From positions 3,660,607 to 3,724,606 of the forward strand of contig MU053559.1 of assembly GCA_013239625.1 (NCBI GenBank): a stretch of DNA of 64,000 nucleotides, given 5' to 3'. Below are positions 12,998 to 26,674 of this stretch, piece after piece (within the stretch, counting starts at the first letter, position 1; every line of letters begins with the position of its first letter). Made by a program: the position numbers and the translations under genes. The notes beneath the pieces are model-generated. The model was not told the origin of the DNA and ran no database searches. It saw only the letters and a program-made list of their open reading frames with translations. Source of the stretch: Lama guanicoe (taxonomy: Eukaryota).

Positions 12998-15900
12998 GTA
13001 AGACTCACCATTAGGCACAGGCATTTACTGTGACCCTCTTTCAGTTCTATTTGGTGACACCATTCAGCGGATATGAAACAAGCAGTTGCTTTGTGGCTAA
13101 AACCACACCATTTGGCCAGGTGGAATGCTGAAAAACATGGGAACCATTTCTTGCCCTAAAGCTATCTCTACCTCAAATTTACTTCTTTGGGATAGTTTTG
13201 CATCACAAAGGCGATATTACCCCATAGAGTCCTCAGAACAGACCAGAATGAGCCACTTCCTTTATTTAGAACAGCTTAAAGACAGTCAAGCATAAAGAGC
13301 TCATTTATCAAGTTGTTCACTTTTGTGCTCCTCACTGGGGGTCAAGTATGGAGAGTGCATTAGCACGTGCATTTGAAAACACTTACGGAATGAAGTGCAA
13401 CTCTTCAAGGCTTTGAAAGGGAACTTCTGTAAGTTCTCTGGATAATTCACAACTGTCCAGGAAACATGTATGACATACTCTTCATCAGGGAGAAACATGG
13501 AGCGTTGAAAGAAAGTGTTGATGAGTCAAGTATTCAATTATGGTCGGCTATATAGTCAGACAACGTGCAGAGGCTTCCCTCTTGGACAGCAGGGAAAAAA
13601 GGAAAGGATGGTCAGGGTCCCATCTCAAGCACGTGGTGAATTTGTGGTGAGCAAAGTAAGAAAATGGAATTGTAATGAGACTGTCCACCCATGCGAAACA
13701 GCTTTAGTTGGGAATATGTTTGGCCGGGGAGTTGATGTCTTCATTCCCCTAGGCACTGGCGAGGGAAGTTGAAGCACTAACAACTGGAAGTAAAACGTTT
13801 TTAGGGCTATCTGAATCTAAGATATGGAAATAACCAAAAGACATGAAATTTACATACTTCTTAATATATAAATTCAACTTCTTAGAATTTAGCTTAAAGA
13901 AGGAGTGAGAAAAGAAGAGAGGGAGAAAGGCACACAGGGAGGGAGAAAGGAAGAGAGAGGAAGGGAGAGAGGGAGATTCAAAGCATTATTTTTAAAAGGA
14001 AAATTGAAATAGAAGATTGGTTAAATTAATTATGGGTCATCTGAAAGCTGGAATACTCTAAAGTCTTGTAAAATTATGTTGCAGAAGAATACTTAATGGC
14101 TTGAAAAAAATCATGGTATTAAACATAGAAAAGCAGGCTGTCATCAAGTCTGTACAGTGATATATGATCTCATTTCTAAAAAAAAACTGTATATGCACTG
14201 TGAGCAATGGAAATCCATCAGAATGTTTTTGAACACTTAATATTACCATCAAACATTTATCCATGTCATTAAGATTCTTCATCAAACATCATATTTCATG
14301 GTTGCAGAATATTCCATGGAAAGTGAATACCATGTATTTATCTATTATCATTGGACATTTTAGTCATGTCCAGTTTTTCATCATTATTGTTATTTATTTT
14401 ATATAATATTCTATGATGAACATGTGTTTCTCTTATGTCTTCGACCTTTGAAAGCAACCAATTTTGGAATAAAACCCTTTTACGATCATGAAATCAATGT
14501 CTATTATTAATTACATCCTTTTAAACATTCATCTGACGCCATTTACCACTTTTTTTGAGAGTGTCGGTTTATAATACAAGTTAGTTTGTGCTAATAAAAT
14601 TGCAGTATTTACTTTTAAATTTTATACATGAGATTTTCAAAAAATAGTGAGTATTCAATTATCGGCACTTGTTTTGTAACTTCTATTATAAAAAGCTTTT
14701 AATAAATTCAGTTAAGCCTTTTCTCTCCAGAGAGCTTTGAAGCTCATTGAAGTTAGGACTAATCATATTTCTTTGGTCTCATAGAAATCAGACTTTTTCT
14801 GCCACAGTCCTTGGCCTAGTCCTCCCCTTAGTGAATATTCTAGATTGTTGGCTGACAAAATAAAGTATTCTGAGATGCTAGGAGTATATGAACACAAGGT
14901 AATTTTTTAACTTTTCCTAAGCAAGATAAACATGATATCATTTCCTGATTTTAAAGGAAATAATCCCTGGAGCACAATCATACATTCAAAGTCTAACGTT
15001 GATCATTCTTTCTATTATTATCATTTATAAAGTGCTTTTCAGAAACACAAATTAAATTTACTGTGTGGTCACAGCTAGGTAAATACACTTTTTAAAGCCT
15101 ATAACTAGAAAAAAATGCACCAAAATGAATCTAGGGGTTATCTTTGAGGGGGGGTGACAGAAATATGAAAGCTACTCCTCTCACCTTTTCCTTTTATGAA
15201 TTTTCCAAATTTTATATAATGTGTATGTAGTCTTCATTTAGAAAATATAATGACGTTTATCACTTCAAAAGTCAGCAGGGCAAAGAACACGAAAATATTG
15301 CACTAGCTTCCTTGACCTTCCATCCCTCAGATATTGTTCTCATTTCTTTTCTTACTGAAGCTCCCAGGGTAAATCAAATAAAGGATTAAGAATGGCCTGG
15401 CCCTCCCGAGAGAATTACTTTTACCTCTCCCTCGATTTCAAACCAGGGTTATTTCTTTCTCATCAAATTGGCAACAATAACAGCTCAAATCGCAGTACTA
15501 TTTTTATGTTTAATATTGGCTAGCTAGCTAGGGAAACATTAGGTTTTAGTTATTTATAACTCCCTTTCCCTTATATGCCCAAATTCACCTATAAAATAAG
15601 GAGCAAAGGAAACAGGACATCAGGAAACAGCAAAGGATGTTTTCACTTTGAGGTAGTATTTTAAACCAACGCTTGAATATTTGCTTTAGACAGATGCCAA
15701 AAATTGCCTCTGCAAAGAAAGCATGAGTCAGCACTTTCCATCCCTTCAGTTATCATGACGAATCTTGCAAACCTAATTCTAAGTCATGTCAACATATATA
15801 TTACACCTAATGCAGGCTTAGTGATGGGGACCGTCACAAAAGTGCTACCAGGTTGTTAGGGTTGCAGACATTGTCCCAAGCAACTGGTTATGTGGGTTAG

Positions 15901-16384
15901 ATGTGATTCTACAAACTTCCAGAGTCAAGGAACACTAGAGTAGAGAGGAGTCCCTTGGGAAGGGTTTATACCTTCAAGATTGTCAGCAGCCTAATTATAA
16001 AGCATTTTGAGGTACTAAAATCATGAAGTTGGGGTCAGGTATGATGTAGGTTGAAGTTGTACCATTTAGTGAGCTGTGTACTACATATGATTAACTTCCC
16101 TGAGACTCAGTTTTTGGGCTTGTGAACTGGGGCAAAATCACAACCGTTATTTTTATGACAAATCGATAAGACAATAGGTTTAAGGACCATGGAGAAAGAG
16201 CTCAATACATGGAAGATAGTTATTATTTACTCCACCCATTGTCCGCACTACCAGGTGGCAAATTCTGCCTCAGGTAAAACCAGACCAATAACAGGCAAAC
16301 TTGATGCCAAAGTCAAAAGGGGGATGGGTCCTAATTAAAGCGACCCCAGAGTGCTCATTACTACTGGCAAATCTTAGGATCTGT

Positions 16385-16515
16385 TTGACTTATTTGTTTC
16401 TTTTGAGGGGCAGAAGTAGCTAGGTTTGTTGATTTTTAATGGAGGTACTGGGGATTGAACCCAGGACCTTGTGCATGCTAAGCACACACTCTACCACTGA
16501 GCTATGCCTTCCCCC
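16385..16515 (-). mobile_element. Vic-1-like SINE
   Basis: Reverse complement of the same SINE consensus. Confidence 0.85.
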
Positions 16516-16799
16516 TAGGGTTTGTGAGATTTAACTGAGTTGTTGGAATTGCATGAGATCATTCACTTTCTGGTGTGCCTCCAGAGAGGGAGTAACCTCT
16601 CACCATTTACCTGCCAACCTCAAGCAAAAGTTTGCTCATCTCTACTCTGTTCATCACTTTTCTCTCTCATCCATTCTTTGAGCTGATCTCCCATTAGGTT
16701 ATCATAACTGAAGAGATAACTGTGACTAATTCTGGGCGTGGTACAGCACCTAGCATATCCTTTGTATATTATGGATCACTTAAAAGTAATATTTAATTG

Positions 16800-17640
16800 A
16801 TATTTCTCATTACTCATGTATTCATTCGGTTATCTAACAAGTAATTTATTAAATGCTTACCGTATGCCCGATACTATTTTATTAAAGAAGACACTATGAT
16901 GAGCAAGAAACTTAAGATCACTGCCTTACTGGTTGGTATTCTAGTGGGGGCAACAGCAAGAAAAAATAATAAACCAATAATTAAGATCATTCAAGACAGT
17001 GAAAAGAGTGTTAAAAATACTGTTCTATGGCAAAACGATAGAAAATGCCAGGGTGCTGGGAATGTGGAAGCTGGTGTTGATTTTTGTAGACATGTAAAAG
17101 TTCATCTTTCTGAGGAGCCATTAGAATAAGCAGAGAAGATACAGGATGAGATAGAAAAAGTAGGCATGGGCTAGATCAGTTAGGACTTTGGAGGCCATGG
17201 TGAAAGATCTGAATCTTATTCTGGTTTTGCTAGGATGCCACTGGAGTGTTTCAAGCAAGGGAATAACATGACTTGATTTACACTTTAGAAAGAGCACAAT
17301 GGATAGAGGGGAGGGTGATAAAAAGCTTTTGCTTTCAAGTGTGGTAGATAGATATCCTGTGGGGACAAGTGGATTCAGAGAGACCAATCTGGAGGAAATC
17401 ATTGCAATAATCCTGGCAAGAGATGATGTGAAATTGGTGATGATGAAGGTGGAGTGATGTGGTGAGAGACAACAGGACTTCCTCATGGATTGGATGCGGG
17501 GAGAGTGATGGAAAGAGAAATCAAGGTTGATTTCTGGAGTACTGGCCTTAGCAATTGGGTGAATGGTGATGCCTGTTACTAAGATGGGGATCACTCGAAG
17601 AGTAGCAAGTGTGTGAGGAGAAATCAGAACAGCACAAAGT
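16800..17640 (-). mobile_element. L2 fragment
   Basis: Degenerate L2 3' region; explains ORF 17121..17651 (HVIPLLETLQW motif). Confidence 0.65.
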
Positions 17641-17874
17641 ATGAGATACAAGCTGATTCTGGGTTAGGCATTTTGATTAAGGGGAAAAGAAATCTCATAT
17701 TCCCCAAATTTCTGATATCATGTATTATAATATTCGATTCTAGTGACAGTTTTCTGCAACTTGCCAAATTGTACTCCACGTAGCCAAGTAAGTTTATTGC
17801 TTGAATAATTTCCAGAGACTGAAGAAGATGCTCTCCTGCATTTGCCAATTTTGCTCTCATTTCTTCCTGAGCAG

Positions 17875-18016
17875 ATCTACGAAGGATCTTGCTACTCTCT
17901 TTGTGAACCTGTGTGTCACTGCGGAGACCCATGAGGTCTCTGCTCTCTGGTTCCTGTGGTATGTGAAGCAGTGTGGGGGCACGACCAGGATCGTCTCAAC
18001 AGCCAATGGAGGGCAG
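17875..18016 (+). CDS. MAOB: MAO-B exon 6 ([47 protein letters not shown])
   Basis: Inside ORF 17801..18157; gagcag acceptor, gtaccc donor; 142 nt; Leu171/Cys172 (NLC) identify MAO-B. Confidence 0.97.
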
Positions 18017-19290
18017 GTACCCATTCATACCCACACCGTTCCTACTGAAATCCACCACTGCCTAAATGAAAGATTGGCATCATTCTTCCATCATGAACAG
18101 ATGAAGCAGGAGGCAGGCTTGTGGCTTTTAGAGCTTAATCGTAGCAGCTCCAAGTGACTTTTGAAAGGGACAGCCTGTTGTTAGGTACCCCATGTGACAA
18201 CCCAGTGGCCAATGTCATTTGAAGATTAGACTTGTCTCTTTTTCTGTACTTTTGCAATTTTCCATTTGGCTATACATCCGATTTTTATTGGGTAAATTTG
18301 TAAGAGACCATTGGATGAGCAAAACTGAGTACTTCTCAGAAAACCCAGCAGAGAAAGTCTGAAAAGCATTTTTAATTTAAAACACACACACCACATGGAA
18401 GTCATTCATTCATTGCTTCATTCATTCATTGCCTGCTTCCTGAGCACCAGCCTCGTGGAAGGCACTGTGCTAGGCACAGTAGGAGATGGATTCGAGTTCT
18501 TAGATAATCTGCTTGATAGTCATTTTCCTTTCCTCCCCATCCTCCTTCTCCTTCCATCGCCCTCCTTCTTCTCCTCCCCTGCACCCTTTTCTTCCTCCTT
18601 CTCCATGACCTCCTTCCTCATAGACCTATTTGAAGCCATCTTTTTCAAAATTAACTGAGCTGAAAATTTAGGAGGCAGTCAGTTCCACCATGCACATGAC
18701 CCTGCGGAACATTTGGCAGCTTTAGCAGGGCTTGGGTTAGGTGGGTGCAGTGAGGTGAAATGACCTCATTGGCCTGCAGAAAGAGCAGGTACCTGGCCCA
18801 GGGTGAGACAGCTAGCCTGCCACGGGGAGTAGGTGGGCCTGGGGGTGGGTGGGCCAGTGAGGTTCTGAGCCTGAGTCACAAGGAAAGGGGAAACAGGTCT
18901 AGGTGTGCTCACACAAGGGCTGGTCCAGCTCTAAGGAGCGCCTCACCAGACTTGGCAACCCAACCAAAGGATGTGGGTAGGACGCGGAGCAGGGGCAGTG
19001 GCCAGGCAGGTGGGACATGGGGGTCAGGCTGAGGAGAGGATACACAGTGGAGTTTGGAGCCTGGGAAGCCACAAGAACATAACCTGGAAGGTGACTGTTA
19101 GAAAACCTGTAACTTTGTCGAAAGCCAGCCAGCATTCGTTAGAAAACAATGGTGAAAGACGCCATTCCCAAGCGCCAAATGAAATCGTATCCATCGCACA
19201 GTAAAGATACGTGCGGAAAACTAGCAACTTAGCACTTCATATCCCTTCCTATATTCCCTACCCACCTCTGGAGTCCTTTTTTCTTTCCAG

Positions 19291-19440
19291 GAGAGGAAAT
19301 TTGTGGGTGGATCGGGTCAAGTGAGCGAACGGATTATGGACCTCCTTGGAGACCGAGTCAAGTTGGAGCGGCCTGTGATCCACATTGACCAGACAGGAGA
19401 ACACGTCTTGGTGGAGACCCTCAACCATGAGGTGTATGAG
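19291..19440 (+). CDS. MAOB: MAO-B exon 7 ([50 protein letters not shown])
   Basis: ttccag acceptor, gtaacc donor; 150 nt; overlaps ORF 19303..19491. Confidence 0.97.
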
Positions 19441-19684
19441 GTAACCAAGAGCCTCAAAACTGGGGGGAAGAAGCCAGAGTCCCACAGATAACCAGAGCTT
19501 AAGTAAAGCTGAGAATATTCCAGACTTCCCAGACAAAGCCTTGGCCAAAAGTGCAAAAGCTGCCTCTATCTGAAAGGAAGGGAAAGAGAACATATAATAT
19601 ATATATTCATAAAATAAATCTATAAAAATAATATTATTATCTCCCTTCTGTATTGGGCTCCTATATAAGTAGAAAACCAAAAAA

Positions 19685-20345
19685 AAAATTTATTTGATAA
19701 ATATCAAGTGCCTCCTATGTGCTTGGCATTATTCTAGGAGGTGGGAACACAGCAGTGAACAAAACAGATAAATTCTTTGCTTTCATGTAACTTACATTCT
19801 AGTGAAGGCAAAAAGTCATAATCAAATATGTAGTTCAAATACTGACTATGCGAGATCGTGATAAGGAAGAGGGAGGGGTTTACCAGAAAGTGGGATGGGA
19901 CAATTGGTCATGCAATTTTAAATAAGGTCATCAAGGAAGTCTGAAGCTTGAGTCCAGAACCCAAAGAGGTGAGGGATTGAGCCATGTGGCTCTCTGGGGA
20001 ATCGTTTTTCAGGTTGACTGAGCAGCCAGCCAGTGCAAAGGCCCTGAGGCAGGAGCAAGCTTGGCATGATGAAGTAACAGCAAGGCAGTCAAAATGGTGA
20101 AATTAAGAGGATTGAGGGGGAGAGTAGCAGAAGATGCGATGAGAGATGTGACAGGGGTACCTTTCATGGATGACCTTGAAAGTCACTGTAAGGAACTTGG
20201 CTTTGATTCCAAGTGTGATAGGAAGTCATTGGCAGTTTTGAACTAGGGAACAATAAAAGCTCATTTTGATTTTAATAAGACTCTTCTGGTTTCTCTGTTA
20301 AGAAGAGATTGAATGAGGGACAAGGGTAAAATAAGGAAGAAACAT
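19685..20345 (-). mobile_element. L2 fragment
   Basis: aagtgcctcctatgtgcttggcattattctagg ... gtgcaaaggccctgaggcagga. Confidence 0.65.
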
Positions 20346-20400
20346 TAGGAAAAAAGTAAAAACAACCCAACAATGTTTAACCCTGCTGTTTTCCTTCCAG

Positions 20401-20560
20401 GCTAAGTACGTGATTAGCGCTGTTCCTCCTGTTCTGAGCATGAAGATTCATTTCAATCCTCCTCTGCCAATGATGAGAAATCAGCTGATCACTCGTGTGC
20501 CCTTGGGTTCAGTCATCAAGTGTATAGTTTATTACGAAGAGCCCTTCTGGAGGAAAAAGG
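20401..20560 (+). CDS. MAOB: MAO-B exon 8 ([53 protein letters not shown])
   Basis: ttccag acceptor, gtgagt donor; 160 nt; contains Lys296. Confidence 0.97.
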
Positions 20561-22099
20561 GTGAGTCCTTTTCTTTGGCAGAAGATCCAAGAAACTTGGT
20601 GCAAAGTCACGTATTTGCATGTAACTGTTTTTCTTAGAATGCTGGATATCAGACATTCATCCAGGTTCTAAGTACAGTTCCATCAAATAAAGTACATTGA
20701 CACAAACTCATGGAATTAACTTCCCTTTAGAATATGATCAACTCTTTCTATAATTCAATATAAAGTTTACTTAACTCTTTCACAAAATCTTGTGAAAATG
20801 AGTTATTAACATTTTCTAATACAGGTTTTTAAAGTATGAATTTATAAAGCCATTCACAAAGGTGTGGATTCTGAACACGTGTGTGAGTCATGAACACTTG
20901 AAATGTGATGAGTGAGACTGAGAATCTGAATTTTTCCATTTTATTTCATTTGAATTGCTTTAAATTCAAATGTAAACAGCCAGATGTGGCTAATGGCTAC
21001 TATATTAGACAGCACAGTGCTAGAGTCTTACCATATTTACTCTCATCACATCTACTTTTCTTCCAAGAGGGGACCGTGTAAGAACAGTCAGTAGCTGGGA
21101 CTGAGGGCGAAGGGAAAGATGCACTGAAATGAGGAACCAGATGGCAGAGAGAAGAGGAAAGTTGTGCTGGAGGCAAAGGGAGGAAGGTTTCATATTCTTA
21201 CCTACCCTTTTCTGCCACATGGCAGCCTCCTAATTCTCCACCTTTGCAGGAAATTCTGTTTAGGACGGTTATTGGATTGGTGCATCCATTGAACAAGTAA
21301 TCTACCTTTTGCAAAGGACAGGGCAGTGACCCACCATGAAGGACTTGCTTCCTCTCGTGACCCAGGTCACCCGTTTGAGGCAGCTGGGTGCTGGCAAGTA
21401 GATAAGGTTTAGGACCTTGGAATAGAGATGTTTTCTTTTAATGACTCAGAACGCCTTTATTTGTGGAAAATACCTCTAGCTTTCCTTCAAGTTAGCAAAT
21501 CTTTAGCTTAGGGCTGCTGTGTGCCTGGCAAGTTCACTGTTAGGCAGTAGCGTCAAAAAGAAAACCCAAGTTCTCCACTCGCAAAAGGTTGGGTCTGACT
21601 TGATCCTTATTATGGGCCTTGAATTATGCTCTAAAAATTACTGAGGATGTCAGAACCTCCCCCATAGCATTTTCAGTTTCTTTTGTGTTACTATATTAAT
21701 GTATTTCTGCAACTAACCATTATTGAGTACCTATTGTACAACCTTGGGGATTCAAAGGCATATTTCCTTGCCCAGAAAATCCAGACTTTGTGGGAAGACG
21801 TCCATGTAAACTAATAATTGCATTACAATGTGCTGAGTACACTGTTGGCAGCACCCAGGCTATTATAGAAACACAGGGGAGGGCTCCCAAACTCACATCC
21901 AATGTGGTGCCTCCTTTTTAAAAAAAAATTACAGAAGTAAACTTGTTCACTCTAAAACTTTCAAAATATAGAAGTGTATGAAAAAGGTCCCTCACCTATT
22001 GCCACGCCTCCCCCTGCCCAGGGAATCACTGTTGAAAGTGTAAGTTTGTTATCTTTAGAGATTCATCGTAGACATAAGTGATACTTTTAAATATATTGA

Positions 22100-22263
22100 G
22101 GGAGGAGGGTATAGCTCAGTGGTAGAGTGCCTGCTTAGCATGCTTGAGGTCCTGGGCTCAATCCCCAGTATCTCCCTTAAAAATAAATAAACCTAATTAC
22201 CTCACCCCAAAAATAAAATTTTAAAAATAAAATTTAAAAAAAAGTTTAAAAGTTTTTAAAAAA
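22100..22263 (+). mobile_element. Vic-1-like SINE
   Basis: Full A and B boxes; TSD ttaaatatattg (22087-22098 and 22264-22275). Confidence 0.85.
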
Positions 22264-23954
22264 TTAAATATATTGTACATCTATATTGAAATATATAGAC
22301 TTTCAATGTATATTGAAGAATATGTATAACATTGATGTGAAAATATAATTTTAAATAAATGTTATATATTTTCCCCAAACCACTATTTTTTAAAAAATAC
22401 ACATTATGCTGAAGTTTGCTCTTTGCTATTATTAGCGGTAAGCTATAGATATTTCTCCACATCAGTTACATTTTAATCCCCCTCATTTCGACAATTGAAT
22501 AAACAGTATTTCACTGTAGGCTCCATGAAAATGTACCCAGTAGCTATGCTTATGATAGGTGTTTCATTTGTTTCCAAGTTTTTGCTCTTATACACTACAC
22601 TGCAATAAACAGCTTCCTTCTTATAGCTCTGCAGATTTGTATGGGAGCATTTTTCTTTTTTTTGATAAATTTGTAAAAGTGAAATTACGAAGTCAACTGA
22701 CTTGGGTAGACCAGCTAATAATATTTTTTAACTTTCTGCCAGTCAGTAGGGGAAAATATACCACTTATGTCTCATTTGTAAGTTTCATCATTAATAAGGC
22801 TTCGGAGTTATATTAAATCATTCTGTAAATTATCTGTTTATCCTGTGCTCTTTACATTTTTTTCTGTATATGTTGCAAATATTTTTTCCCAGTGTACCAG
22901 TTTTTAAAAAATTGTTTATGCTGATTTCATCCTACTATGAAATATATATACATGGGGCTTTTCTGGACCAAAAATTCTTTTCCACTGTTCTTTGTTACTG
23001 GACTCCAAATGTTTTTTTATAGCCCTATGTGTTAAAAATTAAACATCAACTACCACTGAATATATTTATTTGTAAACTATGCACATGGACTACTGGATAC
23101 AATGTTTTTATTACAAAACATACTGGACACTTTTGAATAGCTGAAATTGAAAAATAAGAATTTCTGATGTCTTTCTCCACTATCTAGATGTGTAATCTAG
23201 GTGTGTGCACCCTACTTTGGAGAACACAGATTTCTAGTATCGAATCCTATGGTAACACTCTACTATGTGAATCCCTGTGACTTTACAATATGTTTGATAT
23301 CTGGTAGGATATTCTTTTCTTGTAATTTTGTCCTTGGTAAATGTCAATTATTCTTCTAGATGAATGTGATCATTTTCTCGGAACTCCTCCTTCCACACTC
23401 CCACACTCAAGACACTTCTATTGAATTATTTTATCCTGAATATTCCTCTTTATCGCCTCCCATAGCTACAATATCTTCTCTTTTCTCCCTCAGGATGTCA
23501 CTTGCCACTTTTGGGAACATTTCTCCTACTTTTTGTGCCCCCCCCACCTCGAGAGTTCCTTTGTTTGTTTGTTGTTAGCTTGTTTCTGCGTTTGTCTTTT
23601 CTTCTTTTGCTAAAAGTCTTTGTTAGATGTCTTCTAAGAGTGAGGCAGGACCAAGGTAACCAGAAGTCCTTTGTGCATGGGCGGAGCTCCTGAGCTTTCT
23701 ACCTACAAATGATAGAGGTGCTACTGATGCCACATGGTTTGTCCTGGCATGAACAGGATGCTTCTCTCTGCCCCTTGCTCCTTCACTTCCGCCCAGTGCA
23801 GCTGCGTGATGCCGAGGTCATCTTTGCTCTGTGAAGGAAGTGTCCAAGGAGCCCCTCCACCCAGAAAGCAGGGCCTCCACCCCAGCCAACCTGGTGTCCT
23901 CCAGGAGCCCTCTGTCTGGTCCAGCTGACCCCCACGTGGCCAGTGTACCCTTGC

Positions 23955-24084
23955 TTTTTTTAAATTTTGGAAAGGGAGGTAATTAGGTTCATTTATTTAT
24001 TTAATGGAGGTACTGGGGGTTGAACCCAGGACCTTGTGCATGCTAAGCACACGCTCTACCACTGAGCTACACCCCCTCACCCCC
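23955..24084 (-). mobile_element. Vic-1-like SINE
   Basis: Reverse complement of the SINE consensus. Confidence 0.85.
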
Positions 24085-25263
24085 ATGCCGCTTGCTCTCT
24101 TCTCCTACCACATCCTGTCCCATTTGTCTCCTCTCTTGCTTGTCTTCTTATTACAAAGTGATTCCTTAGCTGTTTCCCTTGTATTCTTAAATCTTCTTGA
24201 GCTCTTGGACAGACGTTAACCATTTCTTCTTCCCATATTTCATTATGTTTTTCTCAATGATTTTTCCTAGCCCCAGTACACCTGAGGAACATGCAACTGC
24301 CCCTCCATCCAGTGGCTAACTAGGGCATTGATTCTCAGGAATGTGAAGTGGGGAGGGTCATGGGAGGAGAGAGAGAGACAGAAGGAAGTGCAGGTAGAAA
24401 CCAGACAGGTGCGTCTGCTCACATACAGATCGGGGCAGTGCGTGCCCTCCAAGTTCTTTCTCTGTTCTTTCTTCCTCATTTTGAAACCCTCTCATTGGAT
24501 TTTCTATACAACATTTATTCCAAGGTCTTCCGCCATAATTTTGTTCAAACAACCTCGATCTGCAAGTAAACGGTAGAGCAAGAGGAGTGATACACTGTAG
24601 TAGCATATTCTTACAGCATTTCAAATTCTGCCCTGACATTTTCGCCATTGCTCGGTCGCATTCTTTTGTTGAAATGACATGTATTTTGTTCTGGAGGGGA
24701 ATGAGAGGGGCGCTTTTGTCCAGAATGAGCTGAAATTGTTTCCCAAGTTGTTCTGTAGGTCCTGTTTGAAATAAGGGTTTGGGATTCTGCATTTGAATTA
24801 TCCATGTCCTCTCTGCCCTGTCTTCAGCTAATCAAGATCTAGTTAGCAAAGAACAGGTGGCTCCTCATAAAATGTGAATGTTCAGTCCCTCCGATTTTGC
24901 AGGAATGGGCTAGCGTTTCTTTTACACATCTTTGGTTTTATCTGATTTCTTGTGAAAGAGGAAAAAGGGGACATGCTTATCAATGGCAAGGAAAACAAGA
25001 TTTCATGAAATGGTGGCCTGGATTAATTCATAATATCACATTGCTTCTTTGCAGAGAGGGGCTTACAGTTTGAGCTTTTCACAATGCTGGCTACTTAGCC
25101 TTCCTTTTGACTTTCAGTTTGGTTTGCCTGCATATATTTTGAATATATTAGCTTACTTTTAGCCTTTGGGCTTCTCAAGTTGCAAAAGGTGTGCTTCATT
25201 GCAACTGTTTTGGGTAACTTGATAGGGTGATGAATATCTTTTTCCATTTTGCTCTTCTCCAAG

Positions 25264-25360
25264 ATTACTGTGGAACCATGATTATTGAAGGAGAAGAAGC
25301 TGCAGTTGCCTACACGTTGGATGATACCAAACCTGATGGAACTTATGCTGCCATAATGGG
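25264..25360 (+). CDS. MAOB: MAO-B exon 9 ([33 protein letters not shown])
   Basis: ctccaag acceptor, gtaagg donor; 97 nt; MAO-B-specific Tyr326 at 25311-25313. Confidence 0.97.
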
Positions 25361-25450
25361 GTAAGGCATGGTTGTGGTGGTGTGGGTGATAGTTTATGTT
25401 GACAGTGTATCCCATGCTATTCATAAATGTGCCCCAAACTTGGTTCAATC

Positions 25451-25686
25451 ATTTTTTAAAATTGAAGCATAGTTGATTTACAATGTTGTGTTAGTTTCTG
25501 GTAAACAGCATAATGATTCATTTATAACCAGTACAACCTTGTTTTTTGTCCATTTTATATATAGTAGTTAGTATCTGCAAATCTAAGACATGTAAACAAC
25601 CTAAATGTCCATCAACAGATGAATGAATAAAGAAGATTGGTATATATATTATATATAGGAATACTACTCAGCCATAAAAAAGAATA
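25451..25686 (-). mobile_element. Short L1 insertion with inverted 5' segment
   Basis: Antisense L1 tail at 25451-25583 joined to a sense L1 segment at about 25585-25686; TSD-like ttcaat(c/a)atttttt. Confidence 0.7.
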
Positions 25687-26674
25687 TTCAATAATTTTTT
25701 TTTTTTGTATCCATCACCATCATTCTCCAAATCCAGCAGTAGAAAAAAACATTGCTTAAAAAAATAATGTCTTCCAATGAATAAATACTTGGAAAGGAAT
25801 TAGAAAATCAATAATATTTTAAAATTTGTTATATGAGATTTTGTTTGTTTGTTTTGCTTCATGTTTAGTGCCAGGGGTTGACATACTCTGGTAAGCTATT
25901 TTTTTGTGAAAACATGATATGAAGATTTGACTTACGGTGTTTTATTAAGAAGGCTTCTTGTGGAGGCTGTGTGGGCATCTATGGTATTTATGTGGAAAGC
26001 TGAGATTTTCCAGTTCCCACCAGAGAGGAGCTAAGACCAGGCCAGTTCGCAACTTGGGAAGGAAGACCAATGCAGATGGGGATGTCATGGGGGCCAGAAC
26101 TTGGCCCAGAGGCAGAGGGGTGGCTACCCAAAACAGCCAAAATTGAGATGGACCTTAGAATATGTATGAGTTTATTTCAGAGAGAGCCAAGGGTCAGAAC
26201 AGGGAGATCAAAGCCAGTTGTAAAGTTGAAGGCAAGCATAGGGCTAGAAATGGAGGTGGATTCTAGAAGGCTGGGCATCAGGGAGATGCCACCATGAAGA
26301 TAGATCCTAAGAGCAAGGGCTGGATGAAATTGGAAAGTCTCAGACATATCTTAGATAGGCATTTGAAACCCAGTATGTATTCCTATTGACCGCCAGTCAT
26401 GTAGGGGGAGTTGGGTCACTCATGGTATCACCCTAGGCAGAAATGATGGCCAGTCATTTGTTTTTAGTCCCTCGAATCCCTGAAGCTAGAAGGTATCTTT
26501 TAGTGTCAGGAATATAACACATAAACAGTAAAACATCAAACGTTAGACAGTGTATAATTTGTTTCTTCTGGTTGACTTTTAACTTGTACACTAGGCACAT
26601 GTGTCGGTGTAGAAATGAGGCCAGGAGGAAAGCAGCCATTCATTTCCCCCCTTTCTCTTGTTTGTATATTTTAG

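Noticed and set aside
17121..17651. Longest ORF in the window (176 aa, - strand)
   Set aside because: Lies in a decayed L2 element and shows only degenerate L2 ORF2-like motifs; no gene structure.
24358..24792. 144-aa antisense ORF, and other 60-150 aa ORFs such as 42130..42558, 51855..52301 and 57647..58063
   Set aside because: No recognisable domains or splice structure; lengths are compatible with chance in 64 kb, and many use non-ATG starts.
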